Assembly: GCA_973895155.1 (NCBI GenBank)
Contig: OZ316894.1
Span: 23,248,709 to 23,312,708 of the forward strand
From: Marsupella aquatica
Lineage: Eukaryota > Plantae > Marchantiophyta
Length of the DNA: 64,000 nt
Direction of reading: 5' to 3'
Shown: positions 15,592 through 28,509 of the stretch, in pieces
Numbering within the stretch: position 1 is the stretch's first letter
Layout of the letters: each line of letters opens with the position of its first letter
Notes under the pieces: generated by a model
Database searches by the model: none
Seen by the model: only the letters and a program-made list of their open reading frames with translations
What the model was told of the DNA's origin: nothing
Translations under genes and position numbers: made by a program

Positions 15592-15893
15592 TAAATGATC
15601 TGAGGGAGTGGAACCAGATTTCTAATTTTGATTTTTTCTCTGTTGCAGTACACGGCGGTCTTCTCTTGTTGTGGACTGGTGACGAAGAAGATTGTAGGTA
15701 TGATTTGCAGAATGAGGATTTGTAGGTCACGAGAAAGAAATACGTAAATGATCTGAGGGTGTGGAACCAGATTTCTAATTTTAATTTTTCTCTGTTGCAG
15801 TACACGGCGGTATTCTCTTGTTTGTGGACTGGTGACGAAAAAGATTGTAGGTATGATTTTCAGAATGAGGACTTGTAGGTCACGAAAAAGAAA
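15592..15893 (+). repeat. ~152-bp tandem duplication in the NUP214 5' leader region
   Basis: aaatgatctgaggg.gtggaaccagatttctaatttt...ctctgttgcagtacacggcgg...tgtaggtcacga occurs twice. Confidence 0.9.
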
Positions 15894-15977
15894 CATCGTT
15901 TAGTTCCATTCCTGTGCGGGAGGGATCACTTTTTGCTGCTTTGGGAGCCTCTTTGGAGCGGCGGAAACGAAGCAGTC

Positions 15978-18900
15978 ATGGAGCTCAACGAGGTAGACCA
16001 AAAGAAGGTTAACAATGTTATGTTCAAGAGAATTGGGGTGGATGTACCGATGCTGTCGAATTCGGTAGGTTTTGAGTCGGATCATCTTCCAGCTCGGGCC
16101 CTGGCAATTTCCAACCGCTTTGGCTACACTGTCTTCGCTCATTCGCGAGGTAGGTGTCTGCGCACTCCAGTAATTCTCACTCTGCTACCACAATTTTATT
16201 GTAATTCCAGTTTAAAATTCCTTCCAAGAGTGGTAGTCTGATAGGCAATGCGAGGTTGCCGTGATCTGTCTTGATTGTATCATATATGTTTGTGAGGTCC
16301 AATAAATACGCGCTGCCCGGGATCTATCACGAGCACTAGAGTGCAGGTCAGGAATTTGAATTTGTGTTTTCTCTTTGCTACATGTGCCGCTTTATCTAAG
16401 AAGTTGGAATGCACTTAATTTGGAACAGGATTTAGTGTGGCAAAAACAGCAGATCTGTTGGAAGTTGCGCAGAAATTGGATCCCAATGCTGATGGATTCA
16501 AAACAGCTCAAGAGGCGGGAAGTGTAACTGTCGATGTTACCAACATTCGTTCCTTGGCCCTATCTAGTGATGACCTGACAGTTTGTGTATGTGCGGGAGG
16601 CGACGTGATGTTCTATGAGTTAGCAACTCTTGTGCATAAGGTACGAGCAAGAAATCCTTGTTGATCTTTCAAAAGATGAATATTCAGATACAAGCTTTCT
16701 ACAATAATCATGTAAGCGACTGAATTTGCTTCTTGCAAAACAATCTGCAAACACGACTTTGGCAACAGGTTTTGCCTTGTCATCATGAGGTTCAATCTTG
16801 CCTCTGAGTTTGTGGGCATAGAGGTACTAAATATGGCACTCAGCTCCATTCTTGGATATTCTAGCATGGACCATGACGTTTTGCTCAGAAACCAGGATAG
16901 GTCGGTCAAGGTTGAATAGAACTCGCTTGAAGTAAGGATAGATTTTGTGTTGTCATGCCGTGGAGAACTGCTATGACGTTGGCATTATATGGCAGTCAGG
17001 TACGCGGCCTTTTGAAGTTTGGCAAGTTAATCGCTATGATGACACTTACGGCAAAGATTTTCTGTGGAGCCCTTCAAAGAGTGAGGCCTATCTCGTCGTG
17101 ACCAGCCAGGGAAAGCTGTTAATGGGGCACATTGGATCAGTAGCGGAGTGCAAGGTCGAGGAAGGGGTTTTAGCAGGTATGTTACTTTAATGCCCACAGG
17201 CAAGAACTTGTGCGTCTGAACTTGAGAGAAATCAAAAGTTCTTGTTTTTACAACTTTCCTGTGGCTTTCTGCTTGGATTCTTGCTCAGCTTCTTGGAGCG
17301 CGGATGGGCAGCATATTGCATATGTGTCTGACAGCCGACTATTGAGCATTACTACTTCAAGTTTTTCTACGACTTTCCAACATGAGCTTCCTACTCATCT
17401 TTCTGATGAGGACGATGACTCTGATCTTCATGGTACCTATATTACTCGTTGCCTTCAGTGGCTCTACAAGTTGAATTTAGTTCGTGTTCTGGAGGGTTTA
17501 CCCAGCTGTAATGCATGTGCTCGCTCTTGTTTAGCCTCTTTTGCTGCATTAGAGATGTGTTTACTTTCAATACTTAGTGTGCAATAGTTGGAGTTTCGGA
17601 CGTACCTGTTGGGTGACCTGCTGTGTAAAAGAACACGGCTGCTTGGTTGTATTTTTCATCCACTGTCGTATGCTTGAGGAAGTCCCTTATACTTGCTAGC
17701 TGCAGTGGATGCGATTAGGTGGGTGCGGCCAGACAGCATCGTCATGGGTTACTTGCAAGTGAATTCGGAAGGGGAAGAAGACGAGTATCCTCTATTTGTG
17801 CTGAATTCAAGAGATGGGAATCTGGCTCAGGTTTGGAACTTGTACTTTAATTTCGTCGTTCTAAGTGAACTGTAGTCATTATTTTCCTCATGCTGTGTAA
17901 ATTTTCAAATTAATCGAAAATCTCTAATTGAAAAGATGTTGTTGAAGGCACATAAGTTCAAGTAAAATTTATAAATTGTTTCTAGAATGGCTACATGACG
18001 ATTTTACTGCAGACCCGATTTCCTGTCATCAGCCCATTTGGAATGAAAGTAAACAAAATGAAATTCGAGCATTTTTCCATTTCTTTCATGTGCACTGGAA
18101 TGATTAATTGAATTCAGGACTCTATGCATTATGTTATCTTACCGACTAGCTTTATCAAGCCCAAATCAGGTGTACTCATTTATCTGAGCATGACGTTGTC
18201 TAAACTCGAGTAGAGATATAAGCGTGGGTCCTCTTCGAGTACCATGAATTATACCCTTTTCCTCTTCTTGAATTCTTCTCGTAGCCATAGACTTTCTACC
18301 CCTCTGCACATCTAAGACATGTATGTCATGATTGCAGGAGCACAGCAATTTAGTTGGACTGGTCTTCTATCAACTGTTTCCGTCAGTAGACCCCTTTGTT
18401 GTTCCCTCGGACAGTGGGCCATACATGCTTTCCGATTACTTCAAACCATGGTATACTGATTGTGACTTTTCCACCTCCTATTAGGGGGCTTGCAGGGAGC
18501 TGTTCCCGTTTTCTGCTTTAATGACCAAATTTTCTGATAGTAGCAAGATCTTGAACTATAAGAAATAGGACAAGCGGTTTGTGTTTGAAACATGATAGGC
18601 ATAACTTTATCTGATTATCAAATGATTTCTGCAGGGAATTGATGGTAGCAGCTAGTAGAAAGAGCATTGATGACCATATCGTGCTCATGGGCTGGTTTCC
18701 AGAAGATGGTCGGGACGTGTTGTACAGTCTCGAACTCGGGAACGATGTCTGGCTACCTCGTATTGAGCTGCAAGGTTCGTTTCCAAACGATTAATCTCTT
18801 CCTTGTAGGCAACTTCTTCTTTCTATTTTGGAGCCACTTGTGTGAAAGGGTCTGTTTCTAATACTCTTCGAAGTGCACATTGTAATCTTTTCTTTCTGAA

Positions 18901-21900
18901 CGCTCAATTGTTTGTGCTACTCAGAGAGCAGTGAGGACAATGCTATTCTTGGCTTAGCGATAGATCGCACTACAGTACAGATTGAATTATCTGATCCAAC
19001 GGATGAAAGTGGAGATACAAAGCTTCCTCCTTGCCCCGTCCTAATCTGCCTTACATTGGAAGGAAAGCTAAGTTTCTTCTCAGTTGCAAGGTTAGTACCT
19101 GTTTCCTTTAGCAGCATTGATCTCAGAGCAGCCCTAAAATGTCAGGATTTCAAGAGTGCAACTGGATTGAAAGTTTATTCTGTTGTCATCACGTAGATTC
19201 GTCATGATGACTAGACACATCTTAAGTAGACTTGCACCTGAGTATAATAATGTTGACCTGGTTAGGATTATTTGCTCTTCTATTAAGGAGTGGTAGTCTT
19301 TTGTCTTGACTCTGAGGTGTTGTTACGTGTTTATCAGATTGACCAGTCATCCTCTTGAAAACCAGTCTTCACCCTCGAAATCAGTATCAGTAATTTAAGA
19401 ATGATAGCACGTGTGTGATAGTTTGATGGTTTGCCTTCATAAATTTGCGTTCTAATATACCTGCTATGCTACAGGCTTGGTGAACAATCAAGGGTCCCTG
19501 ATCTTGTGACACCCCCTTCAAATGTGCCAGATGCCAGGCGGTCCGTTCCGCAGCCTACACAGCTGACGAGTAAACCGGCCACAACTACAGCATTGTTCCC
19601 TGTCAGCCTTACTGTGGTGAAAGAAGAGCCACCTGAGGATGTACTTTCATCTTCAGATGTTAAGGCTCAGACAAAGCTACTTCATCAGGTAGAGGATAGC
19701 AAAGAGGCCCCAAGTCAAGATAGTTTCATGATCAGGACCAAACAAGCTGTTAAAGATGAGAGAGATTCTCTGTTTGACCGCCTTACGAGTGCACCTCCGT
19801 CCTTTCTTCAAGGTGCTGCGGGTGATCATCCTTTAGAGGATTCAAGATTAGGGCCCACGCTTTTCTCAGACGAAAACAAGAAGTCCATGGGCATCCCGAC
19901 CTCTCCTTCAGTTATGAAGTTGAAGGACCTCACAGGATCTGTAAACGTGGCTAGTACGTTTCAAGGGCTCTTTCGTCCGACTGATGATGCATCAAAGAGC
20001 GGACCAGTAACAGTAAAAAGTGCTCCTCCTCCTCAAGTTCCATGGGGCTCACAACTCCCATCAGCCAGTTCTTCTATCCTTGTTACTTCCAGTGAGCCGC
20101 TTCAAAGTGTTCAAACTGGACCTGTCCCAACTGCAGGCGCAGAAGGCAAGAGTTTGAAAGGGGGACCTGCTGCAAATGCAACTGTTTCATTTGGCCCAGG
20201 CTCACAAGGCAAGAGTTTCCAAGGAGGGCCTGCCGCAAATACGACCGTCTCTTTGGGCCCCGGTTTACAAGCCAAGGGTTTCCATGGGGGCCCTGCTGCA
20301 AGTCCAAATGGTCCTTTTAGCCTAGGTTCACAAGGCAAGGGTTTCCAAACTGGCCCTGCTGCAAATACAACTGTGTCTTTTGGCCCAGGTTCGCAAGGGA
20401 AGGTTTTCCAAGGGGGAACTGCAAGTCCAAATGTTTCTTTTGGCTCAGGTTCACAAGGCAAGAGTCTCCAAGGGGGGACAGCTGGTCATACAACTGCTCC
20501 TTTTGGTGCTTCAGTGAAAAGTCCGCTGGGATTCACTGTTGCTCCAAAAGGTGTCTCTAGTCAGAGAGGTGCTGAGAGGTTCACTCACAGCTCGAGGATA
20601 TTGCAGGATCAGCAATCAGCAGGGAGAGCCCCCGGAGTTACAGATATGGAAGCAGCATTCAATGAAGAGCTAGACGAGGTATCTCTTCTAGCTCGGCATC
20701 AAGCCGATGTACATTTCGGGAATGAATTTACAATGGAATTTAGAGTGGAGTTGGGAATTGCAATGTGTGGCATATGTCCTTTCTAAATTGAAAATCGGGA
20801 AGGGTTTGATGGATACTACATATTGAGCGCAAGTTCAGACCACATCATCTCACAAATATGATTTGTCGTTGTCTACAGTTTACTTGGCCTTGTTTAGCTA
20901 CTGGGCGTAGTACTGGTTTGTATGAACAGATGGTCATGTTGAGTACGTGTATTATCTCCCTGAGAGTTGAAAGGTTTGGTCTTGTGCAGGTTGAGAAGAT
21001 GGCCAAGGAAGTTGATCAACTAATGTCATACATCGAAGGCAGATGGCAGGGTGATGCCAATGAAACACCTGTGGCCTTTACGAAGCTGGCATTGGAAGAA
21101 CTTGAGCAGGGTATTCACCGTCTGTCTGAAGAGTGCAAAGCGTTCAGAGTAAGTGTCAAAAGAAAGTCCTCTTTGAAATGGACTGTAAGCTTGCAAATAG
21201 TTGAATTGGCTGAAAATGGCTGTACGCTTATCAGCAGACCGTTCTTAGGGTCAATGTTCTTTCAAGACGTTGTGTTTTGCAGTGCGTGTGTTATGGACTT
21301 AGATTACTGGAGGTAGCCCGTCCATGTTTGCACTAGTGGGCACGCAGTCTATGTTTTCTATCAGTGTGAGCTTTGCTGGGTTGAGAAGCTCTCAACATTG
21401 AACCGCAAGTAGCGAAGTATTCAGTTTGATCAGGGGCGGTTTCTGGTGGTTAAGTCGCTATTGTTGTATGGCAGGTACAATTAAATAAAAACAAGGAAGC
21501 AATCGAAGACCTTCGAGATGAAGAGATAAGAGGTTAGCTTTGTGAACTTTTTCTTGGTCTCATAAAAACTGCGTACTAGCCTGTCCTTGATGAGAACCAT
21601 TTTATTCCTATGTTGGGCTGTGCTTTTTCTTCCAATGCTCACAAGAAATTGGTTGGACTCCTCTCCTTGCTGTGTGGGTTATAGTGGATGCTTGGAGAAT
21701 CTACACTCAGAGTCTCATGGACCAGAAAAGCGACAGTCGATATCAAGAGCTTTGGAACAGTCAGAAACTGCACCCTGACTTGGAAACGAAACGGAAGCGT
21801 CTGTTGAAGGCGGATCAGGTTTGGGCTCGTCCCTGTGTTTGCTGGAACAAGGGACATGAGGAAAGTCGATTATGGTGGTTCAATAATGTTTTCTCCATTG

Positions 21901-24900
21901 GCGACAAGGCTGCAATCATTGGTAGCCAAGAGCTATCATAAATATTATATTATTTCCAGCGTTTTCATAGGAATGATGAAGGCACTGTCTGAAGAGTATG
22001 GCTTGTGTTCATTCGCTTGCCGTTATATTTTCAGGAGTTGAAGCAACACATTGCAGAACTGGAAGGACATTTGCATGTACTGGAATTAAAGCAGTTTCAG
22101 CAAGGTAACGCACGGAGAAGAACTAGCAACCCGGCTCAAAGTCCAGGGTAAGTTACGCGTCAGTGTATCTGAGTGTTAGTTGACTTTGGGTATAATTGAT
22201 TTGTTCTTTGGATGCAGATTAATTCTTCTCTTGTTTTCTGGTGGGATTCGTTTCATTGTTTATTTTATTTTATTTTTTCTTGTGTAGTGTTGGGTTCCAT
22301 TTCTACACCATGGCCTTGCATGATATTGTGGTACTCAATTTTAGGAAATGGTTGTAATATTCATTTCTCTTACCAGTATGAAAGCTCCTAACATCTCTTA
22401 ATTCCTACTTGTTTCAAACCCTATCTACTCCACGAAAACGTAGTTTTGTTCCCATTTGTTTGCTTGAAGACTATTGCAGAATGTGGTGGTGTCAAAAAAT
22501 ATATCAGGAGATGTCTCAGGCTAAAGCTTTGATATATTGAGTGTGCATATGCGTTGATGGTCCTAAAAAGTCTTCTATCAACAATGATGTGGTTGCAGGC
22601 AGTTCCTGTCTGCTCAGAATCTCTATAACACAGTGAATTCCCAAATGGCTATAGCAGAGGAACTTTCCAACTCTCTGGCAACACAGATGGAAGCTTTAAA
22701 TATAAAGTGGTCACCCCAAACTCCCAAGTCAACAGCCTCCAAAATTTTAAAATCTGTAGGGGCAGACACAGATGACTCTGAAAACATGCCGAGTCCACTC
22801 CCCCGGACACGATTGTCTTATTCTCCAGGGCCAAAAACTGGGTCAACGAATGGCTTTTCCGCGTTGTCAGGTCAAGACAAAGAGCCAAACATGCAGGAGA
22901 CGACGAGGAGAAGGAGAGACTCGATGGATGCGGTAAAGCTCGAACAGATTTTTGAACTCTGATTTAGGCTTCTCTGTGATATGTGTTTGTTAATCCAGAG
23001 AGTTTGGCAGCACCCTTGGTACCCAAGCGAGGTTACGGTTTAGCTCCTTATTACACAAGTCTTATTGTGTAGCTTTGCATTACTCCCCTTTTCTTCAGGT
23101 TTGATTGAGATATGTTGTTTGAATTTGGGAGGTGGTTTGGCCTTTCCATTAATAATCCTGATCACTGTTTTGGTTGATGTATTGCAGGCATGGGTGCACA
23201 GAGAAACTCCGAAAACTACTATTAAGAGGGTGGTGCGGGCGAGGCCCAGCCAAAATATCACTCTCAATGATTCAACGGTGCCAAAGTTGAGGCAACGGCT
23301 ACAAGCTGCATCTGATGTGCCGGCAACTGAAAAGGATTCACAGAATGCCCAGCCAGCTCAAAGCACAGGAATGGGCCCCCGTTTGGCTACTCAAAGTTTC
23401 CTTGATCCAGGTTTTGCAGAGTCTGCACCTTCATTCAGCCAGACAGGGATATTCACTTCGACTCCCAAATGGCCACCGTCACAACCTCAAGCACAACCTC
23501 AAGTACAACCTCAGGCACCGCCTCAAGTACACCATCAAGCTCAACCACAAACAAAACTACAAGCAAAACCTCAAGTACAACCGCAAGCACAACCTCCAGC
23601 AAAACCTCAAGCACAACCTCAAGCACAAGCGCAAGCGCAAGCACAACTGCAAGGAAAACCTCAATCACAGCCTCAAGCACAACCCACAGCAAAACCTCAA
23701 GCACAACCTCAGGCACAACAGACATGGCCAGGTAACGAATGTTGTGAATAATACTTGTGAGGAATTTCTTTGGTTGATCCTGACTTATGTTGCCGTTGTC
23801 ACTAGCACACTTGGGTCCCATCAAATTGTCTGCATTTTGCAGTGTTGCTTGCAGCGAAGTGGACAGCTTTAAACTTTTGTATTGTTGCGAATGAGTTGTC
23901 TTAGTGAACTGTGCTTTTCTATCGTCATTATATATCACTTATCCAGCCTTGGTTTGCTGGTCCAACATTTCCCTCTGCAGATGTCAAAGGATCTTCTTTT
24001 GCTGGTCAAGGCTTTAACTCCAACGTGAAAGAGAGCATGTTCAAGTGGGCAAATTCAACAGCAATATCCAAACCAGTAACGTCTGTTCCCAAGCAAGCCT
24101 CCGGAGCACTTTTTGGATCGTCTAGAGCCCCTGCAGTATCAGTTGTTGCAGCCAAGACAGCGACGACCAGTATCTTCTCTGCCCCAACCGTCAGTACAGG
24201 AATTTTCTCTGGAAGTTCATCCATTTCCAATACAACGCCAGCTTCTTCGTCAAGTGGTTCCATGTTGAGTACATCAACAACGTCAGTCCCCAAGCAATCA
24301 TCTGGATCATTGTTTACATCCTCAAGTGTCTCTGAGTTATCAACTGTTGGAACTCCAGTAACGGCAGCCACACCCAGTACCTTTTCCGCATCAACTGTCA
24401 ATGCACGACTGTTTCCTGGGAGTTCATCCACGTCCAACTCAAGTCAAGCTTCGTCGTCGAGTGGTTCTCCATTGATCACGTCGATAACTTCTGTTCCCAA
24501 GCCATCATCTGGATCACTTCATGCGTCCCCTAGTGTCCCGACAGTAACAGTTGTTGGAACTCCAGCAACGACAGCCACGGCAAGTATGTTCACTGCACCG
24601 ACTGTAACTGAAGGACTCTTCTACGATAGTTTATCCACTCCCAATGCAACGCAAGCTTCGGCTTTAAGTGGTTCTGCAGTGAGTACATCGGCAACTTCTA
24701 TTGCCAGTCAATCAACTGGCTCACTTTTTGCATCCTCAAGTGTCCCTGCTATATCAGCTGTTAAAACTCCTGCAACGATTACCACGACCAGTATCTTCTC
24801 TGCACCAACTGTCGGTACAGGACTCTTCTCTTTGAGTTCATCTACGTCCAATGCGGCACAAACTTTTGCATCAAGTGGTTCTGCATTTAGTACATCGACA

Positions 24901-26117
24901 CCTTCCGTGCCCAATCAATCCTCTGGATCGCTTTTTGCATCCTCTAGTGTCCCTGAATTTCAAACAACTTCATCACAAAGTATATCGCCAAGTCCATTTG
25001 GACAATCAACCTTTGGACAATCAAGCCCCTTCGGACAAGCAGCTCAGCAACAAATACAACAACCATTTCTGTCTCCAGGATCAACTGCAAGCTCCGTAAT
25101 TTCCAATGCAACTGTGGCTTTGCTCCCTGCAGAGAGCAATGAAGAGGATATGGAAGAGGAAGTTAGCACAAGCACCGCAGGTCTTGGAACATTCGGAGGT
25201 TTTGGTGGCCTTGGGCTGGGCAGCTCTGCAGTAGGAGCACAAACTCAGAAAGCCAGTCCGTTCGGAGGATCAAGTTTTGGTAACAGTCAACCTTTCCAAC
25301 TAACGCCGCCAACGGGGGGACAACTATTCAGACCGGCAACATTCAGCTTACCAGCAGCTCAATCATCCCCTCAACAATCCGGGGGAAGCACTTTCGGGAG
25401 TGGGTTTGGTTCCCCTGGATTCTCACAAAATAATCTATTCAGTGAACCAGCCAAGGGTTTTGGGAGTCCTCCACAGTCTGCTGGTGGATTTGGTCAACCT
25501 GCGCAACTTGGGCCTGGGCAGCAGGCTCTTGGTAGTGCGCTAGGTGCCTTTGGGCAAACCCGACAGGTTGGCTTTGGTACGCCCTTCGGTAATAGCGGTG
25601 TGGGATCCGCCTCAGGTGGAGGGTTTGTCAATACCAGTGCAGGCGGTGGATTTGCAAGTTCTCCCACAGGAGGGGGTTTTGCAAAAGCTGCAACAGGGGG
25701 AGGATTTGCAGGTGCTGCGATGGGGGGCGGGTTTGCAGGTGCAGCCACCGGTGGAGGGTTTGCAGGCGCAGCATCTGGTGGTGCTTTTGGTAATGCTGGT
25801 GGAGCAGGTGAAGTCCAAAGTTGGTTTGGCCGTTTCGTTGTGGTTTGGGTTTAGAATATGGAAGTCTGAAGGACCGTATCTGAGATTAATGTATTTGGGT
25901 GGCAGTATTAAGCTGGTGTAGTTCATTTTCTATTATTTCTTGGGTCTTCATATCCGCGGTGAGATCTCTGACATCCTTCTGTGTGCCAGGTGGTGGATTT
26001 GGAGGCATATCAGGAGGTGGATTCCAAGGTTTTGCTGGGAATCAAGCGGCCTCACCTGGGTTTGGGAGCGGAGTTCCGCCTGCCCAGGCAAGTCTGTTTA
26101 CACAAATGAGAAAGTGA
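15978..26117 (+). CDS. NUP214: Nuclear pore complex protein NUP214 (Nup159/LNO1 orthologue), 17 exons: 15978-16149, 16429-16640, 16996-17176, 17289-17432, 17706-17830, 18338-18450, 18635-18774, 18925-19090, 19475-20678, 20990-21148, 21475-21532, 21685-21818, 22035-22147, 22599-22932, 23188-23731, 23981-25807, 25990-26117
   Basis: N-terminal beta-propeller-like exons (LAISNRFG, VDAIRWVRPDSIV, PPCPVLICLTLEGKL), a central coiled coil, the EEDMEEE motif, an FG/GGGF-repeat C-terminus and the plant-type SLFTQMRK end. All junctions are GT-AG and phase-compatible. Confidence 0.92.
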
Positions 26118-26201
26118 TGTGCGTGAGCATTCGTAAGTGGAAACAATTTCCATCAACTTGTTCTGCTCATCATCTAAACTTTTGTAAACTGTGTACAATC
26201 A

Positions 26202-28509
26202 TGTGAGGACTAGTTGGATGGGTGATGGTCTCGCAGGCTTTAGTGGTAGCTTTTCTCCACAGTTGGGGCATGCCTTCGCTTATACGAGGGGTATGAGTTG
26301 GACTGTGTTAGTTCAGCTCATAGTTTAATTCAACATCTCAATGCAGTCAACCCAAGTGACGATCACATGGATTGATACTCCCCTATGGACATCTATCTAG
26401 AGACTAGACTTCTGCTAGAACAATGAGCTCTAGGAGTATGTCGATTCACATCTGAGAATATGAACAGACTATTTGAAGTGACATAGCTAGAGGCACACCT
26501 TTCTGGTGTGACCTCTACGTTCGACAATTTTCCTACATTAATTGCAAACATTGTACCGGAGTTGATCAATTTGAATCATGCTTCGCAGAGCTCAAATTCA
26601 TTCTTGTGTGTAATTTCACATGGTATCAAAGCTTTGGTTGTAGTAACTTGAATTCAATTTCTTTTGAGGGTTGGAAGTTGAAGGACGCCTCAACATTCTA
26701 GAGTATTAGGGACGCCTTCTACTCAATCCTCCCATTTCAATTCAGTGCCTAAACATCAAATTCTTGCCAATTTGTTGTCTTTCTTCGTTGGATTTAATTG
26801 ATTCAAGAGTTCCAGGGTTTTGAAATTTCGAGTTTCTCCTACATTTCTGTGACAAGTCTGAATCAATTTCTCTACTTCCAGCGCAATCCTGAATAAATTC
26901 TCTTGTTCTTTCTTCCTTTCATCATTTCACGATGATGAAATCTAGTACTCTGCTAAAAACCGATGACATTCCAAAGTTCGACGGAACATTCTACCATATT
27001 TGGCGGTTCCGGATGAATTTATTTCTTGCAGCAGGATCTCTCATAGATATTGTTAAGGGTACTATACCGAAGCCTACCGCTGCCGCTGCTCCCGCTACTG
27101 GACCAGGGAGTGTACTAGAGTGGGAAACAAATGATGCAATTGCATTATCCTTCATTGCGAATTGTCTAGACAATTCGCAGGTTCAGCACATCAGTGCGGC
27201 GACTACTTCTGCTGAGGCTTGGAGAAAATTGGAGACACTCTATCAAGCCCAAGATGCTGTGACGAAGATGTGCTTGAACGACGAGTTGCAAACTCTGAAG
27301 ATGAAGGAAGGTGATAGTGTCACAAACCATGTTCATCAATTCAGAACTTTGATTGATAAGCTTTCGGCCGCGGGTGCTACCACGTCAGAAGAAGATCAAT
27401 TTCTTGCATTGATGCGTTCAATGCCAAACAGTTATCGACCTTCATTTAGCTCATTGCGAGGGCAGACTAGTTTGACTCTGCAAATGGTGATAACGCATCT
27501 TCTTCAGGAGGAGAAGATGATGAAAGCCCAGACCTCCGTACCATCAACAGCACTTTTTGCTGGCGAAGGCGTCGGTCCACCCAAAGCCAAACCTAAGTCT
27601 ACTGGCTCGAAGCATGCAGGTTATCCCTCCAACGGGGCTGGTCGAGGAAACAATCCTCAGAAAAGCGTTGGTTCTGTTAAAGAAGGAGCAGGTATTCTTG
27701 CCCGTAGTCCTGATTCATCCTCCAGAGAAAATTCATCTGATTCGACTGATCTCCAGTCTCCATCATCCTTTTCCAAGCAAACCAATTATAAGAACATGAA
27801 GTGCTTCTATTGTGGATTGATCGGCCATCACATAAGAGATTGCAGAAAAAGGCTTGCAAACCTTCAACTTCAAGCTAAGAGCCAGGCTCCTGAAGCTCTT
27901 TCAGCGACTTATCTTTATACTCCTCAAGCTCCTTCGGCAGCGACTTATCTTTATACTGTAGTTGCTTGTCCAACTGTTGATTTGGCACACCAGGATAACA
28001 CTTGGTATCTCGACTCTAGAGCCACAAATCATATGGCTCATTCCAGGGATTATTTCTCCGATTATACTCCCTACGACAAGCCACAGTTCGTGTTTCTTGC
28101 TGACAATTCATCTCAGGAGATACACGGGAAAGGCAACGTTGCTGTACTCCTTTCAGAAGGAACTCAACGCATAATTCCCAATGTGCTGCACGTTCCCGGT
28201 CTGAAGAAAAATTTATTCTCAGTCAGACTTCTGGACGTAGCCGGCGGTTCTGTCTTCATCAGCCAAGGAAAATGCGTCTTGCATAACTCTCGAGGCGAAT
28301 TGATTTCCAACTGTCTTTTGTCACAGGATATATATAAACTGGGTGAAGCTATTTTGCCTCCATCCATTACTGCAGCATCTGCTGTTCATCACAGTATCTC
28401 TGATCTATGGCACAGCCGTCTGGGCCATATTAGTGGTTCCCGTATTCATAAATTGCAGTCCCCGAAGATGGCTGAAGGTATTACTGTTCAGAAACCTGGC
28501 ATCAAGTAA
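26202..28509 (+). mobile_element. Truncated Ty1/copia LTR retrotransposon (5' LTR, PBS, gag-protease)
   Basis: PBS TGGTATCAAAGC at 26621-26632 (tRNA-iMet type) directly after ...TTTCACA. LTR start is uncertain (TGTGA at 26202 or TGTTA at 26306). Copia gag ORF follows. No 3' LTR or RT found. Confidence 0.8.
26932..28509 (+). CDS. Copia gag-protease polyprotein fragment, 525 aa
   Basis: KFDGTFYHIWRFRM (copia gag N-terminus), LKMKEGDSV (UBN2-type gag), zinc knuckle CFYCGLIGHHIRDC, protease WYLDSRATNHM and HVPGLKKNLFSV, GAG-pre-integrase LWHSRLGH, then a stop. Confidence 0.88.
   Translation: MMKSSTLLKTDDIPKFDGTFYHIWRFRMNLFLAAGSLIDIVKGTIPKPTAAAAPATGPGSVLEWETNDAIALSFIANCLDNSQVQHISAATTSAEAWRKLETLYQAQDAVTKMCLNDELQTLKMKEGDSVTNHVHQFRTLIDKLSAAGATTSEEDQFLALMRSMPNSYRPSFSSLRGQTSLTLQMVITHLLQEEKMMKAQTSVPSTALFAGEGVGPPKAKPKSTGSKHAGYPSNGAGRGNNPQKSVGSVKEGAGILARSPDSSSRENSSDSTDLQSPSSFSKQTNYKNMKCFYCGLIGHHIRDCRKRLANLQLQAKSQAPEALSATYLYTPQAPSAATYLYTVVACPTVDLAHQDNTWYLDSRATNHMAHSRDYFSDYTPYDKPQFVFLADNSSQEIHGKGNVAVLLSEGTQRIIPNVLHVPGLKKNLFSVRLLDVAGGSVFISQGKCVLHNSRGELISNCLLSQDIYKLGEAILPPSITAASAVHHSISDLWHSRLGHISGSRIHKLQSPKMAEGITVQKPGIK

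Noticed and set aside
23453-23938. Antisense 161-aa VLEV-repeat ORF and alternative-frame ORFs over NUP214 exon 15
   Set aside because: Shadow frames of the QPQA repeat, which lacks stop codons in several frames.
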